NCBI GenBank assembly: GCA_000165425.1
Contig: CT868653.1
Span: 124,001-188,000 of the forward strand
Direction: 5' to 3'
Source of the DNA: Paramecium tetraurelia
Lineage: Eukaryota
Length of the DNA stretch: 64,000 bases
The notes below the pieces were generated by a model. It was not told the DNA's origin. It was given only the letters and a program-made list of their open reading frames with translations, and did not search any database. The position numbers and the translations under genes are program-made. This document shows, one piece after another, positions 27,613-39,161 of this stretch. Numbering within the stretch: position 1 is the first letter of the stretch; the number at the start of each line of letters is the position of its first letter.

Positions 27613-30600
27613 TCATGTTTCTTTTCTCTTTTTCAATTTTAAAATAATTCTAGCATCTGAATTAATTTTACTAATTTTCAATATCTCATCAAGGTCTTTT
27701 TTCAAAATAGGATCATTTGATATCAACTCTGGTATATTTATAGTTTTTCTCAAATGCTAATAAGTAAGATGAAACATATCAAATTCATTATGCTTTTAGA
27801 TATTGCACAAGAATGTTTCCATGGTTATTTTTGCATCCTCTAATTCATCATTGAAAGCAAACATTTCCTCATTGTCATTATTGTCCTCCTTAGCCTTTTT
27901 TATGTCGTTGTTGTACTATCTTTTTAAGACAGTTACAAAATTTGTCAGCAAAGGTAAATTCAAATACTTAGGATTCTTGAGTAACAGTTGACAAAATCCT
28001 ACAATATAGAGTTGACTGTCATAATCAGGTTAACAATGTTTGCTTGAATCAATGATATGATCATAAATGAATCCCTATTATGATTCAATCCATGCTAAAG
28101 TTTAAGCGCAATTTTAAATAAATCCTGAAATGTATATTCCCATCAATCGAGCTCTCAGGAAATCATTTTTTACTTCCAATTATGATCTTTATAAAATTTT
28201 TGTGTAGATATATGTTAACACATCTTTTTATAATGGATACTCTTGAAGAAGTAAGTGTAAAAGCACGATGGCTTCTCCTTGAGAGGCTTCCCCATTCTAT
28301 GGATTATTAAAAACAGCCTCCAACATTTAAATCAACTAAATTATGAAATATGATGTATACAAATTCTTAGGCTTTAGCATTTTAAAATAAGGTTCTACCA
28401 TAATAAATGTAATAATTAAAAAGTTCAAACAACTATCCAAGAGTGTATCTTTATTTCTCAATTACTTTGTTACATTACGTAAGCATCTCAGCTTAATAGT
28501 CACTGATAAATTTAGTTTTATTAATTAGCTATGATATAAAGTACACAATGTCCTCATCAAAATCAATTACATTTGGGTCTATTTATATTTATATCATAGA
28601 TTACTTATGATGTATTTGTAGAGAACGGCAACTCTTTTTTCTAATAGATTAAAATGAATTGGAATTATCCTATCAATTTCAGGTAGTGATTTAAGTATAT
28701 TCCAAGTTTAATTGATACAAATTTGTCTCTCAGTCTATCCCTACTCCACCAATTCTTACTCTTATTAGATTTTCAAAACTATTAGTCCCAAGGCTTAATC
28801 TAATACTGATGGATCTAATGAAAATGTTCTACATTAATTTTAGTAATTCATTCATACTTGAAAACTTGTTTGATAGTATCGAAGTGATCTTCAAAATCAC
28901 TTTACAATAAAGATTCGCAGAGAGCTATCAGGATCTATCCTATGATTGGTTCCAATAGTTTTTCTAAATTTGGTTCTTCGATAATATTTTTGATAGCCTC
29001 TATCGCACAATAGCAATTAGCGTATAATTCATTTTTTGAGGATTTGATTTAATTCATCAAGAAATTAAGTAGTTATTAAGAGAGTTCTTCCTTTTCATGC
29101 AGAATTGACTTGCAAAATGCCCCAATATATGTACAAAGTCTGGCCTTAACAAGAGCTAAAACTATATAAATTTGGTATACGTATCGAATAATTCAATAAG
29201 TAATCGCCATATTAAGTAATAAAAGATTTGAATATTAATCCGACTTCATTTCGATAGACTAGATAATTACTCAAAATTGATAAGATTAGCAATGAAGTTT
29301 CTAGTAGAACATTAACATTCATGGACTTTAAAAAGTAATGTTCCTTGAATTCCATTATTAATCCTAACTACTCTTTTAATTCTGCGTTTTGTAGTTTTTA
29401 AACACAGTAGGTTGCAGCTAGAGTTGAAAAGGAGGTAAAGAAGGATACAGACCCGTCAATATGATCACAATAAGCGATAATTAACTGAGCGACAGAGGAC
29501 TTAATGATATCAGATTTTTGCTCATCCAGTAGATCCTAAGTTAATTGAACAAATTCATTAGGATCTTCATTGAGATCACTCATTTCCTTTTGAGTTGATG
29601 AAAAGAAGGGTAGAATGATGTCAACAAAAATGGCCATCCTGTATTCAGCAAAGATGTGATAGACTGAAATGCTCTTACATGTAATTGCTAATAATTTGAT
29701 GATTTCATTAATTAAGTTTTATTGGTTCTGATTTAGAGTATCATAGGAGAAGGTGGGTGACATTGCAAATGCTACAAGACTTTGGATGTAAGTGTCACAC
29801 AGAATGCATAGGATATCTAAAAATGGGCATTTCTTGGCTACGATGGCATCCTTGTACAATTTAATAATAGATCCGTAGATTAGCCTTTGGGATGCAACAA
29901 TCAAATGACAATATTCTAGATCATCGCCTACAAAGGTCAATTGTTGAGCCTTGAGAATAAGCACTTAACACAATTCCTCGTTGTAGATGAAGTATTGTTA
30001 AATAGGTTCTGGCACTCCACTCATCTATTGAGTTGTGAGGTGTCGATCCAATTGGTGATAGAGAACTTTAGCCCATAATAATTTGGTAGATTGAGAGAAA
30101 GTGCCCATTATTTTACCTGCCTTGATAATGGATTGAAACCATTCAAATTGATTATCCAATTGCAAAGTTTCAGCTATATAAAATGCAGAGGCAACCATAT
30201 TTTCTAATCTGGTTTCAATAGATTAGACGACATGTTATTTGAGACGAGTTTTGAAGTGATTCTCTACAGATTAATAATAGTAATTCATTTACATTTGTCA
30301 TAATACACCAGTTATTGGAGGGCTTATTGAATGCTGACTTTGATTTTGTCTGATATTTATTTGGTGAGCATTTGAACAAAGAGATCAACATGATGCAATC
30401 TCATTTCCACAGCATAGGGTTCTAGATTAGAATCGAACATGGTCTTACTTGTGTTGCCTATGAACTTTTTCACAGCAGTTATTATTGTAATCGCAGCTTA
30501 TTCTGCTAATAGTAAATCATTTTATTGGGATGATAATTCGCATAGGATTTCAACGGATCTGGCATCATTTTGACAAGCTTGAATCAATTATTCTTCTGCC

Positions 30601-30674
30601 TTTCTCCTCGTTTGAGTCTCTTTGCTTTGGAAGGCCATCACGATCAAATTTATATACTCTTGCTGATTCATCAT
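27613..30674 (-). CDS. Importin-beta/karyopherin family protein (importin-7/8-like)
   Basis: IBN_N-like start ...QTRRKAEEQL...AAITI; DPNEFV motif; HEAT-like helical composition; acidic segment near the C-terminus. Confidence 0.75.
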
Positions 30675-30736
30675 GAATTTATATAGTGATAAATTATAAA
30701 CTTTGTTAATCAATACATAGATAAATATATACATAG

Positions 30737-31978
30737 TCATTTTAAAGTCAAACTAATTTTGTTTCCTTTGTAATCATACTCCGAAAAGACGGAGATCACT
30801 TTCAAGGCTTCGTAGATGTCCACCATAGTGATTTGAATATTTTGAGAGTCAAGTTTGATTTCTAGAAATGAGAATGAGAATTTACCTTGAATCTTTCCAA
30901 CTAATTTAACCATGTCCTGGATTTCCAATAATTGGGTGATGCCAGAAAATGAAAGTACTCTAGACAGAGGAACAATTTTGAATTTGGTTTGACTTCCTTG
31001 ATAATATTCATCATAGGGGTTGTTGGGCTACAAGAGTGCATTGCTAGCAGTCTAGAATAAGATTCTCAACTACAATAATAGTAAATGGAGATGCTAACCT
31101 CATTTCCAAAAAAGACAACATTATTGAGTAACTCTTTTGCTATGATTGCATTCTCTTTATTTACAAATTATAGAATGGATTAACGAATATTTCTTTTTAA
31201 CAATAAGGCTTCCAAATGTCCAAATCTATTGAAGAGATTGTAAAGCATTCTTGGAGTGACTCTTTCGTCTAAATTGGAAACCCTCAAAAACTTAGATGGT
31301 TATTGATTTAACAATTCTTGGATCGCCTATTCGTTGGGATCCAATTGAGTCAATTGTATTTTGGCTACTTCCTACTCATAGTCATCATCCAATATTCTCT
31401 CTAGTTGTCGTAATTGAGTCTCCATTCTAGAAAATATACTTGAATCGTTTTACATTGCTTTTGTAGGGGATTCTTCGGTGATATTTTGGATGCCATTGAA
31501 TGGGTTTCCATTATTCGGCTGTTCTTCAAGGGAGTGAGGTTTGATTAAAGGAAGAGAAACTGGAATTGAATTAGGTAGCGTCATCGATTTCAAGGGAGAC
31601 TTCTATTCTGGTTATGTTTCCTCATCGTCAGAGTGATATTCAGAACCTCTGGTGTGATCAACCACTTCCAAGTCCAGCTATTTCAAACGAGAATAGTGAA
31701 TCAATAGCCTTGTTAAAATATAACTGAAAGTGTTACCTGCCTCCTTATGGAGTGAGCGATTTTCCTATCATATTACGTCTTGCAGAAATAGCGTGCTTAA
31801 CTTCATTGTATTCTACAAAAGCCTTGTTGGTCTTTCCTCTTTCGAAAATTAAAATCTTTTTGACTTCCCCATACTACTTAAAAGTCTCAAATAAAAAATC
31901 ATTTGTTAGTGAGAATGATTAAGGTAAGTAAGTTATGATCAATAACAATATTTTACTAGGAGGGTCTCTAGGAATCAT
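30737..31978 (-). CDS. PTB/hnRNP-L-like RRM RNA-binding protein
   Basis: PSKILLL...LFETFKQYGEVKKILIF...KAFVEY, RLLIHYSRL, and a second RRM VTPRMLYNLFNRFG; two short introns. Confidence 0.8.
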
Positions 31979-32335
31979 TTATAAAATTTAATCAATTTAA
32001 TTTAAAATCCTGCAGAAATGAGGATTTTAAAATTCGATTATTAACAGTTAATATTAATAAAAGCTCCTTCTAAAGCATTAATAATTGCATAAACCCAAAT
32101 TCTGAATCAGAAATCATATCGCACTTTCCATGTTCATTTTTAAGTAAGAGCTTTGCGCATCATCCGTAGCATCATACCATTCGTTGATAGAAGCCTTGTG
32201 AATCCACAAACCTGTGAATCTTGTATTTTATCTCAGATGCTATTCCCGTATCTTCTCTCTCTTGATTAGTAAAAAGATTAAATGATTTAATGAATAATAA
32301 AAATAATCTAAAAATTATATAATGATGAATCCGTG

Positions 32336-33018
32336 TCATATTTTCCAAGCCATCTTCATTAACAACACAAAATGTTCGTCATTGTCCACTGAGGCTGACA
32401 CTGCAGCATAATAATCACACCACTCCTAATATGTCAATTATCCATTCTTATCCACATCTCCAAAATTCACAAGGAACTCCTCGAACACCTGAGTCTCTGT
32501 CATCTGTCCATTCTTCACCTTCGGATGCATTTTGGTATTGTAAACACCCCTACAATATATTCAAACATCTCACTTCAGATCATCTGCTGTAATGTATCCA
32601 TCCCCTGTCTTATCAAATTTTCTGAAGGCCTGATCTACAATAGCTTTTCTAGTTGGATTCAATTACCCCTAAAATACCAAGATTCCTTACTCTGATGGAC
32701 ACTAAGAATTCATCAAAATCAATGGTTCCACTCCTGTCTCTGTCCATGGCTGCGAATAAGATCTACAATGACTGAATATCATTACATCGACTTCATTCCA
32801 AGACAACTAAACCCCATTTTCAGCCAGACCCACCTTCAACTCATTTTTATCCAATTTTCTATTTCCATCATATGAATCTAGACATCTGAAACAAACACCC
32901 AACTGTCTAATTGTTTTCGATCCCCTTGCCTATAAAGCATCACGAACTCGTTTAAGCACTACACTCTCAATTATACAATCATACAAATTTGAGCAGCTTC
33001 CTATTATTGTCTATTCAT
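32336..33018 (-). CDS. CAPS: Calcyphosin-like EF-hand protein
   Basis: ARGSKTIRQLGVCFR, DSYDGNRKLDKNE, DRDRSGTIDFDEFL, AFRKFDKTGDGYIT, YNTKMHPKVKNG, YYAAVSASVDNDEHFVLLMKMAWKI*. Confidence 0.88.
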
Positions 33019-33076
33019 AATATAAAACTTAATAAAATAATTAACAGTTTCATGAAATAAATTGTCCAAATTAATA

Positions 33077-35738
33077 TCATAATTTATTGCAAACCTGTGG
33101 GTAAATCTCCTTTGAATTTTCATCTCTCTCATACTTATTCGGATTCTCAGAATACCTCCAAAATTACCCACAGGACTTTTAAGAAATATCTCCAATCCCT
33201 CCATCCAAACACAACACCAACCAAGTTAAATTAGGTTCTTTATTCAAATTACTTACTTATGGCAATTAATATCTGATTATGGGTCTCTCCTATTCATAAC
33301 CATAAAGAGTGACAACAGGTTTCATCTCCTTGAAAATAGGATCGTTCTCAATCAAAGAAGAATCAATCTTCAACCCTTGAGACTTTTTGTTATTGAGTTC
33401 TTTCAATTTCGAGTCTATTGGATCAAATTTTACAAAAAAAGTATACTTCCTGTCTGCCAGTTGATTAATTTGAATTGATTAAGCAGTTTTGCTTCCATAA
33501 AATTGCATACCCCCACAATTCTCATTGAAAAAACCAACAACGCATTCTGGATAAGCTGCGCCTAATAACACATTGAACTTATCATGCTTAGGTACTTCCA
33601 AGGTAACTGTCAATTGCCCTTTGATTGTGTTTCTAGGAATCATTGTGACATCCAAGCTTTTAGTAGTTTCTGAGTTCTTAAATTTATTGCAATATAGATA
33701 ATATCCTTTCTTTTCAGCCCCGAAGTAGTAATCTCTGACAACCATATTGTATAACACACTATTCTGATTTACAGTGACTATTCAAGAATATCAAATATAA
33801 TTACTTATTCGTTAAGGTATTGGCTTAATTTTACCACAATCATCCTCATTCTTAAAAAAATACAAAATAACATCGTCCAATTCTAATCCAGATTATATAT
33901 CAACAATATTGATCTGTAAATTAGTAAACTTCAAGTTCTTACTAATGTACTATTTCGCTTCCTGATTAAATGATTTATCTTCTACTGCATGTACTTTATG
34001 CTTTTGCCATAATAATCTACTACTCTACAATGCAAATATATCCACTGTCAATTACTTTTTATTACCCTCACTGCAGATCTGAATATGATTAGATAATATC
34101 TTTTTTATTTCCCCTTTATCTCCTTCTACTCCAAATATCCCATCATTGCTACCAGCAGAAGTGTAAAATACATTTTTTATCATTTCCTTTGGAATATAAG
34201 ATACTTTGGCTGAATTCACGTACTCTGTAACCACTAATTACATCTATGGCGCTAAGATAGTCAATCGTGAATCTTCATTTAATTCCAATTCTTTATTGTT
34301 ATTCTGTTTTTTATATACATCCATAAATGGTTCACATCCAGTGACATTCTCTATACCTGTTGGATAGACCAAAGGATTCTTATTGGCTTTGATTACTTAT
34401 TGATTTGCAACGATTATGATGTCTTTTTAATTAGGAGTTGTTGCAGATCCAAAGATCAGTAAAATCGAAAATACAAGCACCACTAATCCAATTAATACAA
34501 ATGTCCAATCTTCTTTTCTATTTGGTATCTGCGCTCCCTTCAAACTTGTATCCACCTATAGTAAAGCTGTAGATAAGGCAAACCCACTTATTACTAGCAA
34601 TAATGAGAAGAAGCCTGTATAAAAAATGTTCTTAGACATTGAATCGGAAAATGCTTTACAACATGATATATTTAAACACTATTAGCTACTATCCTTCTCC
34701 CAGAATATGGATTAATACTAGGGATCACAATTGTTTTGTTCTTAATATTTGTTACAACTTGCGTTCTCCTTTATCCAATCTTAATGAGTATTGCGCATCT
34801 CCTACCCACATTGATTTATGTAGGCTGATCTCATTTATTCGCTTTATCTTATGATGTAAAATGAACAAGCAGTGATTAAAAATATCAATATCAGATTAGC
34901 ATAGCCAATTGTCTCAAATAGACTATTTCTATAGATAAAAGTAATTAGGAATGCGAATGCAGCTGTAATCAAGGAGAGCACAGACAATGTTTTGAACAGC
35001 GAAAAGACACTTGTCACTAATATTGGGGAGTAGGGTGTTGATAAATCAGCTGATGCTTGGTTTGCTTGATTCAAAGCTAAGGATGCTATTAGAATGGTTG
35101 ATAATGCAAACACGTAAATGCATAGTCTCAATTATGACTTTTGAGGTATTGTAATATAACTAGTGAATGCCACATACATCCATATTAAACTAATCAATAT
35201 CAATATAGGAAATCCCAAAATCACTCCAATCTTATAATCACTCATGTATGCAATACTGGTGTCTACTGAATGTTCAGCCTAATAGTAGTCTTGTCCTATC
35301 CTGTACCAAAATACTATGAACACTAGCAAAATAATATTGTATAAAATATTGATGAATGAACCCAAAAATACGACTGCTGAAATTCTTGTATCTATATAAA
35401 ATTTTCTTTATTGCAACTAAGACTATGATTCCTCAGTGATTTTACTCGTGTTGAACCAATACACTATTACTCCCTAAATTCAAATTTAATATGTGAAATT
35501 ACACTTAAAACAACCGAAGCAATTCCTGAAAGCAAGAGTAACATCATTATAGTCAGCGAATATTTGTTGAAAAAGATAATTGCCACTATTATCAAGATTA
35601 TAGCTAAAATTAATGCCAACAATGTTATCTTTGTCGAAAATTCTATAATTACAAAAAAAGAGTACTTAATTTATCTTCTAATTCTCTATCAGACCATCCC
35701 TCATTATACACATCTCTCTTTTATTAAATTTCCTGCAT
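33077..35738 (-). CDS. Multi-pass membrane protein (about 9 TM, tetraspanin-like repeats) with large C-terminal domain
   Basis: About nine hydrophobic segments in the N-terminal half; Cys-rich loop (QCG..SCNKY..NC..FWEK..CLNISCC) between TM7 and TM8; soluble C-terminal region ending YPQVCNKL*. Confidence 0.7.
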
Positions 35739-37200
35739 ATTAACTGTAAAATTTAATAAAATAATATCTATCGATTCGATATTCGATTTATATTAAAATA
35801 AAATTTATGATATAAAATTATTGTAATATTATATTCTTATTTTAAGGTAAATAATCAATATTAAATATAATAGGGAATGCTATTAAATTCTTACAGACCT
35901 CTTATTAGTTTGAAAATGAAATCTAAATTATATTATAGTCATGATAATTAAGAATCATAAGTTAATTTTGTGAATAAACTTCATAATTATCCTCTTCATC
36001 GTAATTATAATGATCTTCATCTCCAACATACTTCAATAAATATTAATAACTTAATATTAATTATAAAATTAACTCTACATTCTAAAAGTTACAAACCAAA
36101 AGTAAAAATTCCTTTATTGTATAATCATTAAATTATTAGAAAATAAAGTTTATGTTTAATGAACTTCAATAAATTGCTTTAAAACCTAATAATTTTGATT
36201 TTGACTAAAAATTATTGTTCTCTTACGATTAATAATTATTATGTTGAAATAAGTTCTGTTCCTCCATTTGAATCTGATCCACATTTAATTCTCTTGAGAT
36301 TAATAAAGTCACTAAATTAAAAGGTGAGATTTCACCTTATTACATTTTTGATTTTTATCGAAAATATACTTTAGCAACGATTTTTAAGAAAAAACTTCCT
36401 TTTATTTTATCAATTATATGAAGGTAAATAGATATGGAATTAAAGTGCTTATAATTTTTGGTTTTTTTATTGGAAAATCTATTAATACTTGTGTAAGATC
36501 TTATTAGTCTAATTGATCCAATTCTATAGTATTTTATTACATCTAACACATAGTTTGATTATAAAAAAAGACTCAAGCATTATAGAACTCAACTAATTAG
36601 GATATGCTAAGAATAGCATCATAAGGATAGAAGATATTGTTATTCATATTTGTTGAAAATAGACAGAAAAGGCGGTTCTGAAGGTGTTACTATAATTTTA
36701 TAATTCATAAAGTAGTCATTTTTAATAACCTGATTCTCCAGAAATGCTTTAAACCCTTTCACAAAGCTTTACTTAATTTTCTTATTTGTGCCTTCATCTT
36801 CTTATGCAATCCCTTCCCCATTTTGAGTAATAATTATAAGCATCTAATTTATGATGTATTAAATTGAAGGATTATAATGGCAACTGTTATTTTCTCTATT
36901 TAAGGTATCATTCTATCGTCTAAACAACAAATGATGCTCTTGGTACATATCAGTCTTTGACTTCCTCATAGATGGAATGTTTAGAAACCGTATCTGGTTC
37001 TTATTTAATGTAGAGTTTTAAAGCAAATCTCCTATCATTTTAACCTTTATGAATGTTGATCATAGTTTTAGTTTTATTTAATTTATATAAAACATTATAA
37101 ATTACTCTTAATAGCATATTTTTAGGAAATTATTGTGATAGTTATTCAATAAATTCTCAAAAAATATTACATCTAAATTAATAGATTATTTATAATTAAA

Positions 37201-38259
37201 ATGGCTTAAAAATCTCAAAATACTTCTCAATTTGAGGATGAATTATCTTAGAAAGTTTATGAATATAATGATTCTCCTTCATAAGATTTATAAAAGTTGA
37301 TTAAAAATACCCATAAAAAAATCAAAAAGCCCTCAGCAAAAAGAAAGTCCTGTAATTGGGGCTCAGGAAGGCCATCTAAAAACCACAAAGCTGGTTCAGA
37401 TATCCAAAAAAATTAATTATTATTGAAAGAAGTCCTTTCAAATTTATGGTTTGGTACAGATATCTCATTGCAATTAATCACCTATCTATGTAAAATGGGA
37501 AACATGATACCTAAGGTTGTGACAGGTATACCAGCATCCAAAAACAAGAAAGATTTTATGAAATATGACATCAACACTAATAGGGATGTTAAGACTTATT
37601 AGAGTCATTAGGAAAAAAAAAAATATTCTAATTCACTTAAAAAGGACCTTAAAGTAATTAATGATCATATTCTTTAAGGACAAGCACAAGATGTTACTTG
37701 AGTATCTACAATATTCAGAAGAAACTACTTATTTGTTTTTGGGAGACAATAGAAATTGTGAAGATAAATTATATCTTGACGATTATATAATGGAAAAGGA
37801 ATCTAAAATTGGGTTGGAAGTTGTAATCAAGAACCTGTCACCAAAGTTTGTCTACACATACAAATTTATAGTTCAAGAATACTATTAAAATAACAATGTC
37901 AATTTTGAAACTTTGGTGGACAATATTTTGAACAATCTGAAAACAAACCAACAAAATCATAAAATGATCTTTGACAGATAATTGATTTATGAATTAACAA
38001 AGGATGATATTAATCTGATCAATGAAATTGTATAATTTTATTTAATATTTCAAAGGAATCCAAACCATCCATGGCTGATTTTCACATGTACCAAAATACA
38101 AGTATTAGAAAACTAAATTTTTGTTCTAATACATTTAATGATGAAGTAGAAGAGATTAATAGAATGTCATCATGGATTCGATAATTTATAAGTGGGTTTA
38201 TTGAAATTTTGTAGAACTGTGATAAAATTACTTAAGCCAATAAAACACTTGGCAAATGA
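37201..38259 (+). CDS. Hypothetical protein
   Basis: Code-6 ORF MAQKSQNTSQFEDELS...SCNWGSGRPSKNHK..., frame restored by a 25-nt intron near 37654; TGA 38257-38259. Confidence 0.65.
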
Positions 38260-38331
38260 TATTGCGTTTTGAATAATATTTTATTACATAATTTAATTAA
38301 TAAATTAGATTGATTTCTGAATAATTTATTA

Positions 38332-39078
38332 ATGAATCCCAAGATAGAAACTTTTAACTTCTATTATCAGACTTATTTCAAAGATATAAGTAAAATCGAA
38401 TTCATCGAGCATGTTCCTGATGAAATCCTAATTGATTCAAACGATAAAGATAATAACAATAAATTAATAAAGATTGAATAATCGACTTTGGGAATATCAG
38501 TCTCTGCAATTGCTCTATTATATCCAATATGTCTTGAATTAGTCAAAAATGAGCATTATGAAGATTAAGCTTCTTGGATGATTTTATTTTTGAATGGTGA
38601 AAATTACACTGCATGGGGTATAAGACAAAGATTAAAAAAAGAGGAAGATCTCAAATTAACTGAATTAATTTGCATTAGATTTCCAGGATCATCATGTTCA
38701 TTCAATTATCGTTAGCAATTCGAATCAACTTATGAAAATGAAACCAGGTTCTTTTTAAAAGCATTTTAAAAGAAAAATAGAAGTTATCATCTATGGACTT
38801 ACAGAATGAAGTATATTAAAAAGATTTCGTAAGAAGATCATACCATCTATGAAAAGGAATGCGATTTAATGAAGAACTTGGCAGAAAAAGATGTTCATAA
38901 TTTTAGTATTTTTCATCATTTGATGATATGCTCAAAGTAATGCGGGATGGAGTTGATGAAATGGGCTTTGGAATTAAGGGATTCTTTCTCTTTGATGTAT
39001 TAAGGATAAGTAAAGGATTGCGAAATCGATTTTAAGGCTCTTCAAAGTTTGAATTAGTTTATTAAACATTTATAATGA
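38332..39078 (+). CDS. PTAR1: Protein prenyltransferase alpha-subunit repeat protein (PTAR1-like)
   Basis: PPTA-like repeats ILFLNGENYTAWGIR, IRFPGSSCSFNYR, KKNRSYHLWTYR, KDVHNFSIFHH; 747 nt in frame. Confidence 0.7.
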
Positions 39079-39161
39079 CTGAAAAGTACTTATTTATTGT
39101 TTGCCAAATATTATGTATATGATATATATATAGTTTTTAATTTAAATATATTTATAATATA

